Source of the DNA: Miltoncostaeales bacterium
GTDB lineage: Bacteria > Actinomycetota > Thermoleophilia > Miltoncostaeales > Miltoncostaeaceae
DNA: 64,000 bases
Direction of reading: 5' to 3'
Assembly: GCA_030833665.1 (NCBI GenBank)
Contig: JAURGT010000003.1
Location: 6,533-70,532 of the forward strand
Notes under the pieces: generated by a model
The model's database searches: none
Told to the model about the DNA's origin: nothing
The model's input: the letters and a program-made list of their open reading frames with translations, nothing else
Position numbers and translations under genes: made by a program
Shown here: positions 27,268 to 34,926 of the stretch, in pieces
How the letters are laid out: the number at the start of each line of letters is the position of its first letter
Numbering within the stretch: position 1 is the stretch's first letter

Positions 27268-28430
27268 GGCGCGAGCAGCCGCTCGTAGACGTCCGCGGCG
27301 CGGCGCGCGGCCTCGTCCCACGTGTAGCGCCCCGCGGTCTGCAGGGCGCTCGCCGTGAGCCGCGCGCGCAGCTCGCCATCGTTCACCAACCGCACGAGCG
27401 CCTGCGCCAGCGGTCCGGAGTCGCCCACGGGGGTCATGAGGCAGTCCTCCCCATCGCGGAGGAACTCGGAGAGCACCGGAATGTCACTGGTCACCACCGG
27501 CAGCCCGGCCGCCATGGCCTCCATCACCGCGAGGCCGAAGCCCTCGCGCGTGGAGGGGAACGCCAGCACGTCGGCCGCCCGGTAGAGGACGGGCATGTCG
27601 TCATCGTCCACGATGCCGATGCGCGCGACGTCGGCGGCGCCCGGCACGCCCGGCCCCTTATGCAGCACGAGCCCGAGGCGCGCCGCGTCGTCCTCCCACG
27701 CCTGCGCTGCCTCCGGATCAGCGAAAAACCCGTCGCCACCGGCCACGACCAGCAGGGGGTTGCCCGGGAGGCGCCCACGCGCCCGTGCGAAAGCCTCCAG
27801 CAGCACGCGGCTTCCCTTTCGCGGCTGCACCCCGCCCACCGCGAGCACCACCGTCCGTCCCGGCCAGCCCATCCGCTCGGCGGCCTCCTCGCGCCCGAGG
27901 GGGCACCCCCCGAATCGCTCGGCCTCCACTCCATTCGGCACCACGTCCGCCTGCACGCCGAACTGATCCTTCAGCCGATCGGCCCAGAACGCCGACACGG
28001 CGATGCAGCGGTCGACGTCCTGGATCGACGCCCGCTGGCACTCCTCGAGGAAGCGGTCCTTGAAGGCCTCGACGTGGTGGACCGTGCGCACCACATGCGG
28101 CACGACCCCATCGGCGCGGAGAGCGAGCAGCGCGCGGGCGGAGAGGAGGTCCTGCGCATGGTTCACGTCGACCGCCGGGGCAGAGCGCACCGCCTCGGCC
28201 AGCGTGGCGGCGGCACGGTCAACCCGATCGGCAGCGCCCTCACCCGCGACGGGGGGGAGCGGCACCTGGTGCGTGGCGACGCCTGAGCCCGCCGCCAGCA
28301 CCGAGCCGTCGAAGGTCAGCACCCAGAGCTCCACGTCGTGCCCGCGGGCCGCGAGGGCCTCGGCAAGGCAGCGCGCGTGCACCGCGCCGCCGCGCGGCAT
28401 CGCCGAATAGGTGGCGATGCGCACCCGCAT
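27264..28430 (-). CDS. GT4-family glycosyltransferase
   Basis: Track ORF. GT-B fold signatures: N-terminal MRVRIATYS..PRGG, C-terminal PSTREGFGLAVMEAMAAGLPVV (E-x7-E region). Confidence 0.85.
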   Translation of the reverse strand: MRVRIATYSAMPRGGAVHARCLAEALAARGHDVELWVLTFDGSVLAAGSGVATHQVPLPPVAGEGAADRVDRAAATLAEAVRSAPAVDVNHAQDLLSARALLALRADGVVPHVVRTVHHVEAFKDRFLEECQRASIQDVDRCIAVSAFWADRLKDQFGVQADVVPNGVEAERFGGCPLGREEAAERMGWPGRTVVLAVGGVQPRKGSRVLLEAFARARGRLPGNPLLVVAGGDGFFADPEAAQAWEDDAARLGLVLHKGPGVPGAADVARIGIVDDDDMPVLYRAADVLAFPSTREGFGLAVMEAMAAGLPVVTSDIPVLSEFLRDGEDCLMTPVGDSGPLAQALVRLVNDGELRARLTASALQTAGRYTWDEAARRAADVYERLLAP

Positions 28431-28436
28431 GGGGCC

Positions 28437-29711
28437 TCAGCGCGCGGGGCGCACGAGGGCGGCGGCCAGTCGCGCCGCCTGGGCGCTCGTGGGCGCCACC
28501 CGTGCCCCCGCCCTCGTGAGGTGATCCTCCTGGCGCGACAGCACCTGGGGATCGCCCTCGGTGCCGCACACGTGTGCCACCACCTGCAGCGAGGGGCGTG
28601 CCTGCAGCGCCTCGGCGATCGCCGGCGCAAGCGCGCCCGCCGGATCCGGGTGCGCGCCGCGCCCGAGGATGACGTCGAGCAGGATCACCGCGACCGTCTG
28701 GTCGGACACCGTGTCCGTGATCAGCGCGGCACGGCGCGACGGGTCGATGAGCGGGTGGGGCGTGCCGTGCGCTACCGACTCGGCCTGCAGGTCGAGGCAT
28801 GCATTGCCGCGCACCACGTCGCGCGGGTCGAGGTACTCCGCCGCCCCGGCGGGCGTGTTCGACACAACCCGACCAAGGCGGGCGGCGAGCACTGCAGCCG
28901 CCTCGGCGCATAGCGCCGATCCGGAGAAGATGCCGCGCACATGCCCTGCGCTCACCCAGCCGCCGGACTCCGCCGCGGGGATCACCGGCCGGGCGCCGGC
29001 ACGACGCGCGGCTGCGGCCACGGCCTGATCGATCACGGCGTGGAGCTCCACGCCGTCGGGCGCGGCGAGCCCATCGGCGCCGATGAGGCATGCAGCCCCG
29101 GGCTTGCCGCAGGCCCCGAGCGCGGCCAGCGCCGCCTCGGCCCCGCGCGCCGAGAAACCCTCGGCCACCAGCACCACGGCATCGGTGTGCGGGTCATCGG
29201 CCAGCCGTCGCATCGCCGCGACCGACGAGGCAGCCCCGACCTCATCGGTGAGGTCCCGCGGCCCCGTGACGAGCACGCGGCTCACGCCCAGTCCGAATCG
29301 GTCGAGAAGCACGGCGGCCTCCTGCGCGCCCGATCCCGAGGTGGCCACCACCCCGATGCGCCCGGACGCCACCACGTTGGCGATGCCTATCCCGATGCCA
29401 TCGATGATCGCCGTGTCGCTGCCGGGCCCGAGGACCAGCCGGCCCGCATCGGCGGCGCGCTGCTTGAGCGCCACCTCGTCGGCAAGGGCGACGTCGCCCG
29501 TGAGCAGCATCACGTCGCTGCCCGCCGACAGCGCTCGGTGGGCCTCCAGCGCCGCGAAGGCGCCGGGCACCCCGATCACCGCGAGGGCGTCCGCCGCCGG
29601 TGGCGCGGGCGTGGCGTCGTCCTCCGGCGCGCGCGAGCCGTCCCCGGCCATGCCGGGGTGGAGCTCGACCACCACGTCGTCGCCTTGGGGAAGGTCCTCC
29701 ACCATCGGCAC
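28437..29711 (-). CDS. FdrA-family protein (succinyl-CoA-synthetase-alpha-like), lacking the usual N-terminal ~130 aa
   Basis: Track ORF. VIGVPGAFAALEAHRAL, LVLGPGSDTAIIDGIGIGIANVV.SGRIGVVATSGSGAQE, TGPRDLTDEVGAASSV.AMRRLADDPHTDAVVLV. 424 aa versus about 555 aa for E. coli FdrA (from memory). Confidence 0.75.
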   Translation of the reverse strand: MPMVEDLPQGDDVVVELHPGMAGDGSRAPEDDATPAPPAADALAVIGVPGAFAALEAHRALSAGSDVMLLTGDVALADEVALKQRAADAGRLVLGPGSDTAIIDGIGIGIANVVASGRIGVVATSGSGAQEAAVLLDRFGLGVSRVLVTGPRDLTDEVGAASSVAAMRRLADDPHTDAVVLVAEGFSARGAEAALAALGACGKPGAACLIGADGLAAPDGVELHAVIDQAVAAAARRAGARPVIPAAESGGWVSAGHVRGIFSGSALCAEAAAVLAARLGRVVSNTPAGAAEYLDPRDVVRGNACLDLQAESVAHGTPHPLIDPSRRAALITDTVSDQTVAVILLDVILGRGAHPDPAGALAPAIAEALQARPSLQVVAHVCGTEGDPQVLSRQEDHLTRAGARVAPTSAQAARLAAALVRPAR

Positions 29712-29761
29712 GCTACCGGTGCGGGCAGCCGGATGGCGGCCCGCTAGGGGCGATGGAGCAG

Positions 29762-30151
29762 CTAGGCGGTCTCGGCCAGCAGGTCGCCCGCGGGGGCGGC
29801 CTGTGCGAGGCGTGACCTCAGCAGCCGCGCATCCTCGCGTGCACGTCGCAGCGCGGCCTCGGTGGCCTCGAGCGATGCCCGCAGTTCGGCCAGGTCGGCA
29901 TCGGCCTCCGCGAGGCGACGGGCCAGCACCGCGAGGGGGCGATCGAGGACGCTGCCGCCGGCCGGCACCTGCACATCGGCGCCGGCGTCAAGCAGGCCGA
30001 CCCGCACCAGTTCGGCCACCTCCACCACGCGCACCCCGCCCCGCCGCCCCACGCCGAGCGTGCCGCGCTCGGCGCGCCTCTCGAGCGCCTTCTTGGTGGT
30101 GCCGCACACCTCGGCGGCGTCCGACAGGGTGAGCGTGCGGGGCGTCGTCAT
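29762..30151 (-). CDS. helix-turn-helix (excisionase/MerR-like) DNA-binding protein with a C-terminal coiled coil
   Basis: Track ORF. LTLSDAAEVCGTTKKALERRAERGTLGV...VRVVEVAEL, then LARRLAEADADLAELRASLEATEAALRRAREDARLLRSRL. Confidence 0.6.
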   Translation of the reverse strand: MTTPRTLTLSDAAEVCGTTKKALERRAERGTLGVGRRGGVRVVEVAELVRVGLLDAGADVQVPAGGSVLDRPLAVLARRLAEADADLAELRASLEATEAALRRAREDARLLRSRLAQAAPAGDLLAETA

Positions 30152-30223
30152 GGCCTGCGGTTTCTCCGCGCGGGGTGGGCTTCCCTTCCGCCAGCTACTC
30201 GCGTCGCCCTCCGCTTATACATC

Positions 30224-30252
30224 TTGACAACTATTTAGTTGTTCAGTAGGTT
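30224..30252 (+). promoter_or_regulatory. candidate promoter TTGACA-17 nt-TAGGTT with an overlapping ArsR-type operator ACAACT-ATTT-AGTTGT
   Basis: Read directly: TTGACA 30224-30229, TAGGTT 30247-30252, inverted repeat inside the spacer. It lies in the 130-bp divergent region between the HTH operon and arsR. Confidence 0.45.
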
Positions 30253-30281
30253 CATCCCGTCAACTGACCAGGAGACCCGAC

Positions 30282-30626
30282 GTGGCGATTCCCCACCCCA
30301 TCCCCGACACCCTCGCTGACCTCATCGCGGAGCGATTCAGGGCACTCGGGGAGCCGATGCGCATCCGCATCCTCGACCACCTCCGCGACGGACCGGCCTC
30401 GGTCGGCGCCATCGCCGCGACCCTCGGCACCTCGCAGCAGAACGTCTCGAAGCACCTCGCACTGCTGCACTCGTTGGGCATCGTCAGCCGCGAGCGCCGC
30501 GGCAACGCAACCATCTACGAGATCGCCGACCAGACGGTATTCGACATGTGCGAGCACATCTGCGGCGGGCTGCAGCGCCACCTCGCCGAGATCCAGGCGC
30601 TCGTGGCCGGGGAGGTGGCCCGATGA
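30282..30626 (+). CDS. ArsR/SmtB-family transcriptional regulator
   Basis: GTG 30282 follows GGAGA. LGEPMRIRILDHL...SVGAIAATLGTSQQNVSKHLALLHSLGIVSRERRGNATIY (winged HTH). The only Cys residues are in the C-terminal FDMCEHICGGLQRHLAE. Confidence 0.85.
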   Translation: MAIPHPIPDTLADLIAERFRALGEPMRIRILDHLRDGPASVGAIAATLGTSQQNVSKHLALLHSLGIVSRERRGNATIYEIADQTVFDMCEHICGGLQRHLAEIQALVAGEVAR

Positions 30627-30841
30627 GCGCCCCCAACCGCTGGCCCCTCGAGCGCGTGCTCTTCCTCATGGCGGGCACCGTCACCATCCTCAGCGTGATC
30701 CTGGCCGTCACCCTGAGTCCGTGGTTCCTGATCCTCACCGCATTCGTCGGTGCATCGCAGTGGATGTTCGTGGCCTTCGGCGACTGCCCGTCGTCATTCG
30801 TGATGCGCAAGCTCTTCAGGCTGGAGGGCTGCCAGCGATGA
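30623..30841 (+). CDS. DUF2892 (YgaP C-terminal-like) small inner-membrane protein
   Basis: ATG 30623 overlaps the arsR stop (ATGA). ERVLFLMAGTVTILSVILAV..SPWFLILTAFVGASQWMFVAFGDCP. 72 aa. Confidence 0.7.
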   Translation: MSAPNRWPLERVLFLMAGTVTILSVILAVTLSPWFLILTAFVGASQWMFVAFGDCPSSFVMRKLFRLEGCQR

Positions 30842-32955
30842 GCGACGCGACGTCGACGGTCGGTCCGATCGGCCGCCTCGGGCGCTGGTCGGCCACCCAC
30901 GGGAAGTGGGTGGCGGTGATCTGGGTGGTGATCGCCCTCGGACTGGGCTTCCTCGCACCCCGCGTCGAGACATCCCTGTCCGGGGCAGGCTGGGAGGACA
31001 CCGGATCGCAGTCGGTGGCAGCTCGCCAGTTGATCCAGGACAACTTCGGCGGTAACTCCTCGAACGCGCTCATGGTGGTGGTGCACTCCCCGGAGGCGGT
31101 GGCCGGGTCGCCCGAGTTCGGGGCAGCGGTCTCGCGGGTCACGCGCACGCTCGAGGCAGACCCGGCGGTGTCTCAGGTCGTCCCGCCGATGCCGGGCCAG
31201 ACCATCTCGCGTGACGGCCACACGGCCGTCGTGATGGGCGGGGCTGCCGCCAACGCGACCGAGATGGTCCGCGCGGCCGACCGCCTGAAGGCCGAGCTGG
31301 CCGCCGACGGCGGCGCGGGCGTCTCCGTCTACCTCACGGGAGCGTCGGGCATGTGGTCCGACTTCAATGAGGCCAATCGCTCCGCGATGATGAAGAGCGA
31401 GCTGCTCTCGTGGCCGGTGACGCTGGCGATCCTCGTGCTGGCCTTCGGCGCCCTCGTCGCGGCGGGGCTTCCCCTCCTGCTGACGATCCTCGGCCTCGTG
31501 GCGACGGCCGGTGCGCTCTACCTGACAACCCTCGTCTTTGACGTCTCCATCTGGGCAATGAACTTCGCCCTGATGTTCGCCCTGGCGCTCGGTATCGACT
31601 ACGCGCTCTTCATCGTGCAGCGCTTCCGCGCGGCCCTCTTCGGATCAGGCCGCGATCCCGTCGATGCGACCGCCGAGACCATGGACACGGCCGGCAAGGC
31701 CGTCCTCTTCTCGGGCCTCACGGTGCTCATCTCTCTCTCGGCGGTGATGATCGTGCCGAGCCCGGCGTTCCGATCGATGGCCCTCGGCATCATGATCTCG
31801 GTGGTGTTCATCCTGCTGGCCACCCTCACCCTCCTCCCAGCGGTGCTTGCGAAGCTGGGCCCGCGGGTGGACAAGGGGGCCCTCAAGTGGGCCCACTCGG
31901 GTGAGCACCGCTCGAAGCGCTTCGAGCGCTGGGGGCAGAAGCTATGGAGCCGGCCCGCACTGTTCGGGATCCCGGCCCTGCTCGCGCTGCTGATCCTCGC
32001 CGTGCCGGTCTTCGGGCTCAAGACCGGCATGCCGTCGATCACCGTGGTGCCACAGGACGACGGCTCGCGCCAGGGGTACACGCTGGTGAGCGAGGCGTTC
32101 GGGCCGGGCGCGCCCGGCACCCTCCAGATCGTCGGACCAGCCGGTGAGATGGCGGCTGCGCAGCGCATCGCCGCGGACGACTCCGGCATCGCGGCCGCGA
32201 TGCCGGCGCAGCCCGATGGCGACGGCCTCGCGATGGTGCAGGCGATCCCGACGACGGGCCCGTCCACCACCGAGACAGCGGTCACGATCGAGCGCCTTCG
32301 CGCGCAATTGCCCGCCGGTGTGATGATCGGCGGAGCGGCAGCGGAGCAGGCCGACCTCTCGGCGGCCCTCAGCACGTACACGCCGATCGTCATCGGCATC
32401 GTCCTCGTGCTCGGGTTCCTGCTGCTCCTCGTGGCCTTCCAGGCCCCGGTGGTCGCGGCGATCGGCGTGATCACCAACCTCCTCGCCGTCGCCGCCGCGT
32501 TCGGCGTGGCCCGCCTCATCTTCCAGGATGGCTGGGGGGCGGGCTTCCTCGGCTTCGAGTCGCAAGGGTTCCTCGATGCCTGGGGGCCGGTGTTCTTCTT
32601 CGCGATGATCTTCGCGATCTCGATGGACTACACGGTCTTCCTGCTGTCCTCGGCACGTGAGCACTGGGACCGCTCCCACGATCCGAAGGAGGCCATGGTC
32701 GGGGGGCTTGCACACTCCGGGAGGGTCATCCTCGCGGCAGCCGCAGTGATGGTGGCGGTGTTCTTCACCTTCGCCCTCTCCGGACCACTGCCGCCCAAGG
32801 AGATGGGGATCATCCTCGGCGTCGCCGTGCTGCTCGACGCAGTGCTCGTGCGGCTGCTGCTGGTGCCGGTCGCGCTGCGACTCGCCGGGAAGTGGGCCTG
32901 GTGGACGCCCACGTGGCTCACGAAGGTGCTCCCCGAGGTGCGCTTCGGGCACTGA
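30838..32955 (+). CDS. MMPL-family (RND superfamily) transporter
   Basis: ATG 30838 overlaps the preceding stop (ATGA). 705 aa with the duplicated 6-TM + periplasmic-loop layout. LGIDYALFIVQRFR and ISMDYTVFLLSSAREH motifs. Confidence 0.9.
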   Translation: MSDATSTVGPIGRLGRWSATHGKWVAVIWVVIALGLGFLAPRVETSLSGAGWEDTGSQSVAARQLIQDNFGGNSSNALMVVVHSPEAVAGSPEFGAAVSRVTRTLEADPAVSQVVPPMPGQTISRDGHTAVVMGGAAANATEMVRAADRLKAELAADGGAGVSVYLTGASGMWSDFNEANRSAMMKSELLSWPVTLAILVLAFGALVAAGLPLLLTILGLVATAGALYLTTLVFDVSIWAMNFALMFALALGIDYALFIVQRFRAALFGSGRDPVDATAETMDTAGKAVLFSGLTVLISLSAVMIVPSPAFRSMALGIMISVVFILLATLTLLPAVLAKLGPRVDKGALKWAHSGEHRSKRFERWGQKLWSRPALFGIPALLALLILAVPVFGLKTGMPSITVVPQDDGSRQGYTLVSEAFGPGAPGTLQIVGPAGEMAAAQRIAADDSGIAAAMPAQPDGDGLAMVQAIPTTGPSTTETAVTIERLRAQLPAGVMIGGAAAEQADLSAALSTYTPIVIGIVLVLGFLLLLVAFQAPVVAAIGVITNLLAVAAAFGVARLIFQDGWGAGFLGFESQGFLDAWGPVFFFAMIFAISMDYTVFLLSSAREHWDRSHDPKEAMVGGLAHSGRVILAAAAVMVAVFFTFALSGPLPPKEMGIILGVAVLLDAVLVRLLLVPVALRLAGKWAWWTPTWLTKVLPEVRFGH

Positions 32956-32982
32956 CGCCCAGGTGCCCTTGCATCGGCGCGT

Positions 32983-33012
32983 GGCTCCGGGCCCCACAGG
33001 GGGTCCGGAGCC
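32983..33012. terminator. GC hairpin between the convergent MMPL gene and the hydrolase gene
   Basis: GGCTCCGG (32983-32990) pairs with CCGGAGCC (33005-33012), with further internal pairing GCCCC/GGGGT. Confidence 0.5.
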
Positions 33013-33021
33013 CGTGCCGGC

Positions 33022-34926
33022 CTAGGCGGTGGCCAGCAGCCAGTCGCGAATGGCCGCGAAGGTGGCGTCGTGATCGCCGAAGTCGTGCCCAGTGCCCTCC
33101 ACCATCCTCACGGTCACGTCGTCGTGCCCCGCCTCGCGGGCGCTCGCGGCGAGGCGCTCGGCATCACCGGGGTCGACGATGATGTCCTCGGTGCCCTGCA
33201 CCAGCAGCACGGGCGCCTTGATGCGGCCGATCTGCAGGTGGGCCTTCGCGGCCTGTGAATCCGGGCCGCGCGAATGCCACCAGGTCCGCGCCGTGTACAC
33301 GCCGGCGGCGTGCGGGGCGTCGTCCGGCAGGTACATGCGGTGGATGACGAGGCTGATGTCGTCCTCCGGCGCAGCATCCGCATAGGGCCGGCAGAGCTCC
33401 ACGAGCTCGTCGTACGACGGCGCTGACCCGCAGCGATCCATGCGGGCGCGACTCGACTCGGGCAGGCTCCAGGCGGTGCCCAGGCCGACGACGCCGACCA
33501 CGGGCAGCGGCAGCTCGTGGGCAGCGCAGTACATGGCCGCGGTGGCCCCGAGGGAGTACCCGCTCACCAGCACGTGGTCGTAGCCCTCCCCCGCCACCCA
33601 CGCGGTCGCGGCACGGACGTCCTCGAGCACGTCCTCCAGCACGGCGGTGCCGAAGAGCTGCGACACGTTCCCTATTCGGGTGTCGAGCGTGAGCACAGGC
33701 AGCCCGAGGCGGGCAATGGGACGGCGCAGGAACCTCAGGGCGCCCACGCTGAGATTGCCCTGGTTGCCATGCAGGTGGATGATCGCGGTGCGGCGGCCAG
33801 CCTCGGCCACGCGCGCCAGGGTGGCGGCATCATCGTGCTCGAGCACGCCGTCGTGCAGCGATCCGTCCTCCCCCCGGATCGTGACCAGCCGGGCAGTGCC
33901 CGACGCCGGGCGGTGAGGCGGCAGGGCGGCCGGACCGTCCTTCGGCAGGGAGTCCATCCAGGCCACGGCGCGATCGGCCACCTCGGGCACCTTGCCCCAG
34001 AAGGTGTGGTCGGCCCCCGGCACGTGCTCGAGGTGCACGGCGAGCCCCGCCGACGCGGCCGCCATGGCGAGGGCATCGCCGTCGCCGCCCGGCAGCACCG
34101 GGTCGTCGCCGGCCTGGATCAGCGCCACGGGCACGCCGACGTCACGGATGCGGTCCACCGATACGGGGTTGCGCGATTCCGGACCACGGCACTGCCACCA
34201 GCAGCGCAGCGACCAGGCCTCCGCGTCGAAGGGGGCGTCGCTCGGGCCGGCGCCACGGTGCACCACCACCACATCATCCGCCCCGTCGCGGTCCACCCCG
34301 GCTCGAAGCGCCATACGCGCGATCTCGGTGTACGACGGCTGCGCGCGCAGGCGGGTCCATCTCGCGCGCATCGACTCGGGGAGGCTCCAGGGGTGCGCGA
34401 GGGTGCAGAGCCCCACCACCTCGGGCGGGTGCTCAAGCGCCTGGTAATGCGTCACGATGCTCGCGCCCAGGCTGTATCCCACCAGCACAACGCGCTGGAA
34501 CCCGATCTCCCGCGCCAGGTCGAGGGCCGCGGCCATGTCGAGCGGCGTTCGGTCGAAGAGCCCTCCCCCGTAGACCACGCCGAAGTTGGCCATGCGCGTG
34601 TTGATGGACAGGGCCGGGTACCCCTGGTGGGCGAGCTCGAACGCCAGGCGGCGGGGCACGCCGCCCATGTAGTTGCCGAGGGAGCCATGCACGATGATGG
34701 CCAGCGTCCTGGCGCGTCCGCCGACGTCGGCGCGGGGACGCATGAGCAGCCCGTCCCAGTGCTTGTGGTCGGCCGTGCGCAGCACCACCAGCTCGGCCTC
34801 GGCGTCCACGTCGTCGTGCCCAAACTCCGTGTGCGGGCGGGCGCCTGTGGTGACGGTGATGCGGTCGGGTCGCGGGACCCGGGTCGGGGGCCCGGGCTCG
34901 TGGGGATCGGCGGCGTCCGGCGTCAT
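33022..34926 (-). CDS. tandem-duplicated alpha/beta-hydrolase (two complete hydrolase domains in one 634-aa protein)
   Basis: C-terminal 634 aa of track ORF 33022..37032(-). ATG 34926 overlaps the MMPL stop (ATGA). Half 1 has HGSLGN, GYSLGAS, HPWSLPESMRARW, GADHTF. Half 2 has HGNQGN, GYSLGAT, TAWSLPESSRARM, GTGHDF. Confidence 0.75.
   Translation of the reverse strand: MTPDAADPHEPGPPTRVPRPDRITVTTGARPHTEFGHDDVDAEAELVVLRTADHKHWDGLLMRPRADVGGRARTLAIIVHGSLGNYMGGVPRRLAFELAHQGYPALSINTRMANFGVVYGGGLFDRTPLDMAAALDLAREIGFQRVVLVGYSLGASIVTHYQALEHPPEVVGLCTLAHPWSLPESMRARWTRLRAQPSYTEIARMALRAGVDRDGADDVVVVHRGAGPSDAPFDAEAWSLRCWWQCRGPESRNPVSVDRIRDVGVPVALIQAGDDPVLPGGDGDALAMAAASAGLAVHLEHVPGADHTFWGKVPEVADRAVAWMDSLPKDGPAALPPHRPASGTARLVTIRGEDGSLHDGVLEHDDAATLARVAEAGRRTAIIHLHGNQGNLSVGALRFLRRPIARLGLPVLTLDTRIGNVSQLFGTAVLEDVLEDVRAATAWVAGEGYDHVLVSGYSLGATAAMYCAAHELPLPVVGVVGLGTAWSLPESSRARMDRCGSAPSYDELVELCRPYADAAPEDDISLVIHRMYLPDDAPHAAGVYTARTWWHSRGPDSQAAKAHLQIGRIKAPVLLVQGTEDIIVDPGDAERLAASAREAGHDDVTVRMVEGTGHDFGDHDATFAAIRDWLLATA

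Noticed and set aside
27264-28430. The GT4 glycosyltransferase as a member of the MSMEG_0565 / Nit1C nitrogen-starvation cluster, based on a remembered RTVHHVE-type motif.
   Set aside because: None of the partner genes of that cluster is present in the window (nitrilase, radical SAM, GNAT, flavin oxidoreductase, Sll0783-like). The family call also rests on memory only.
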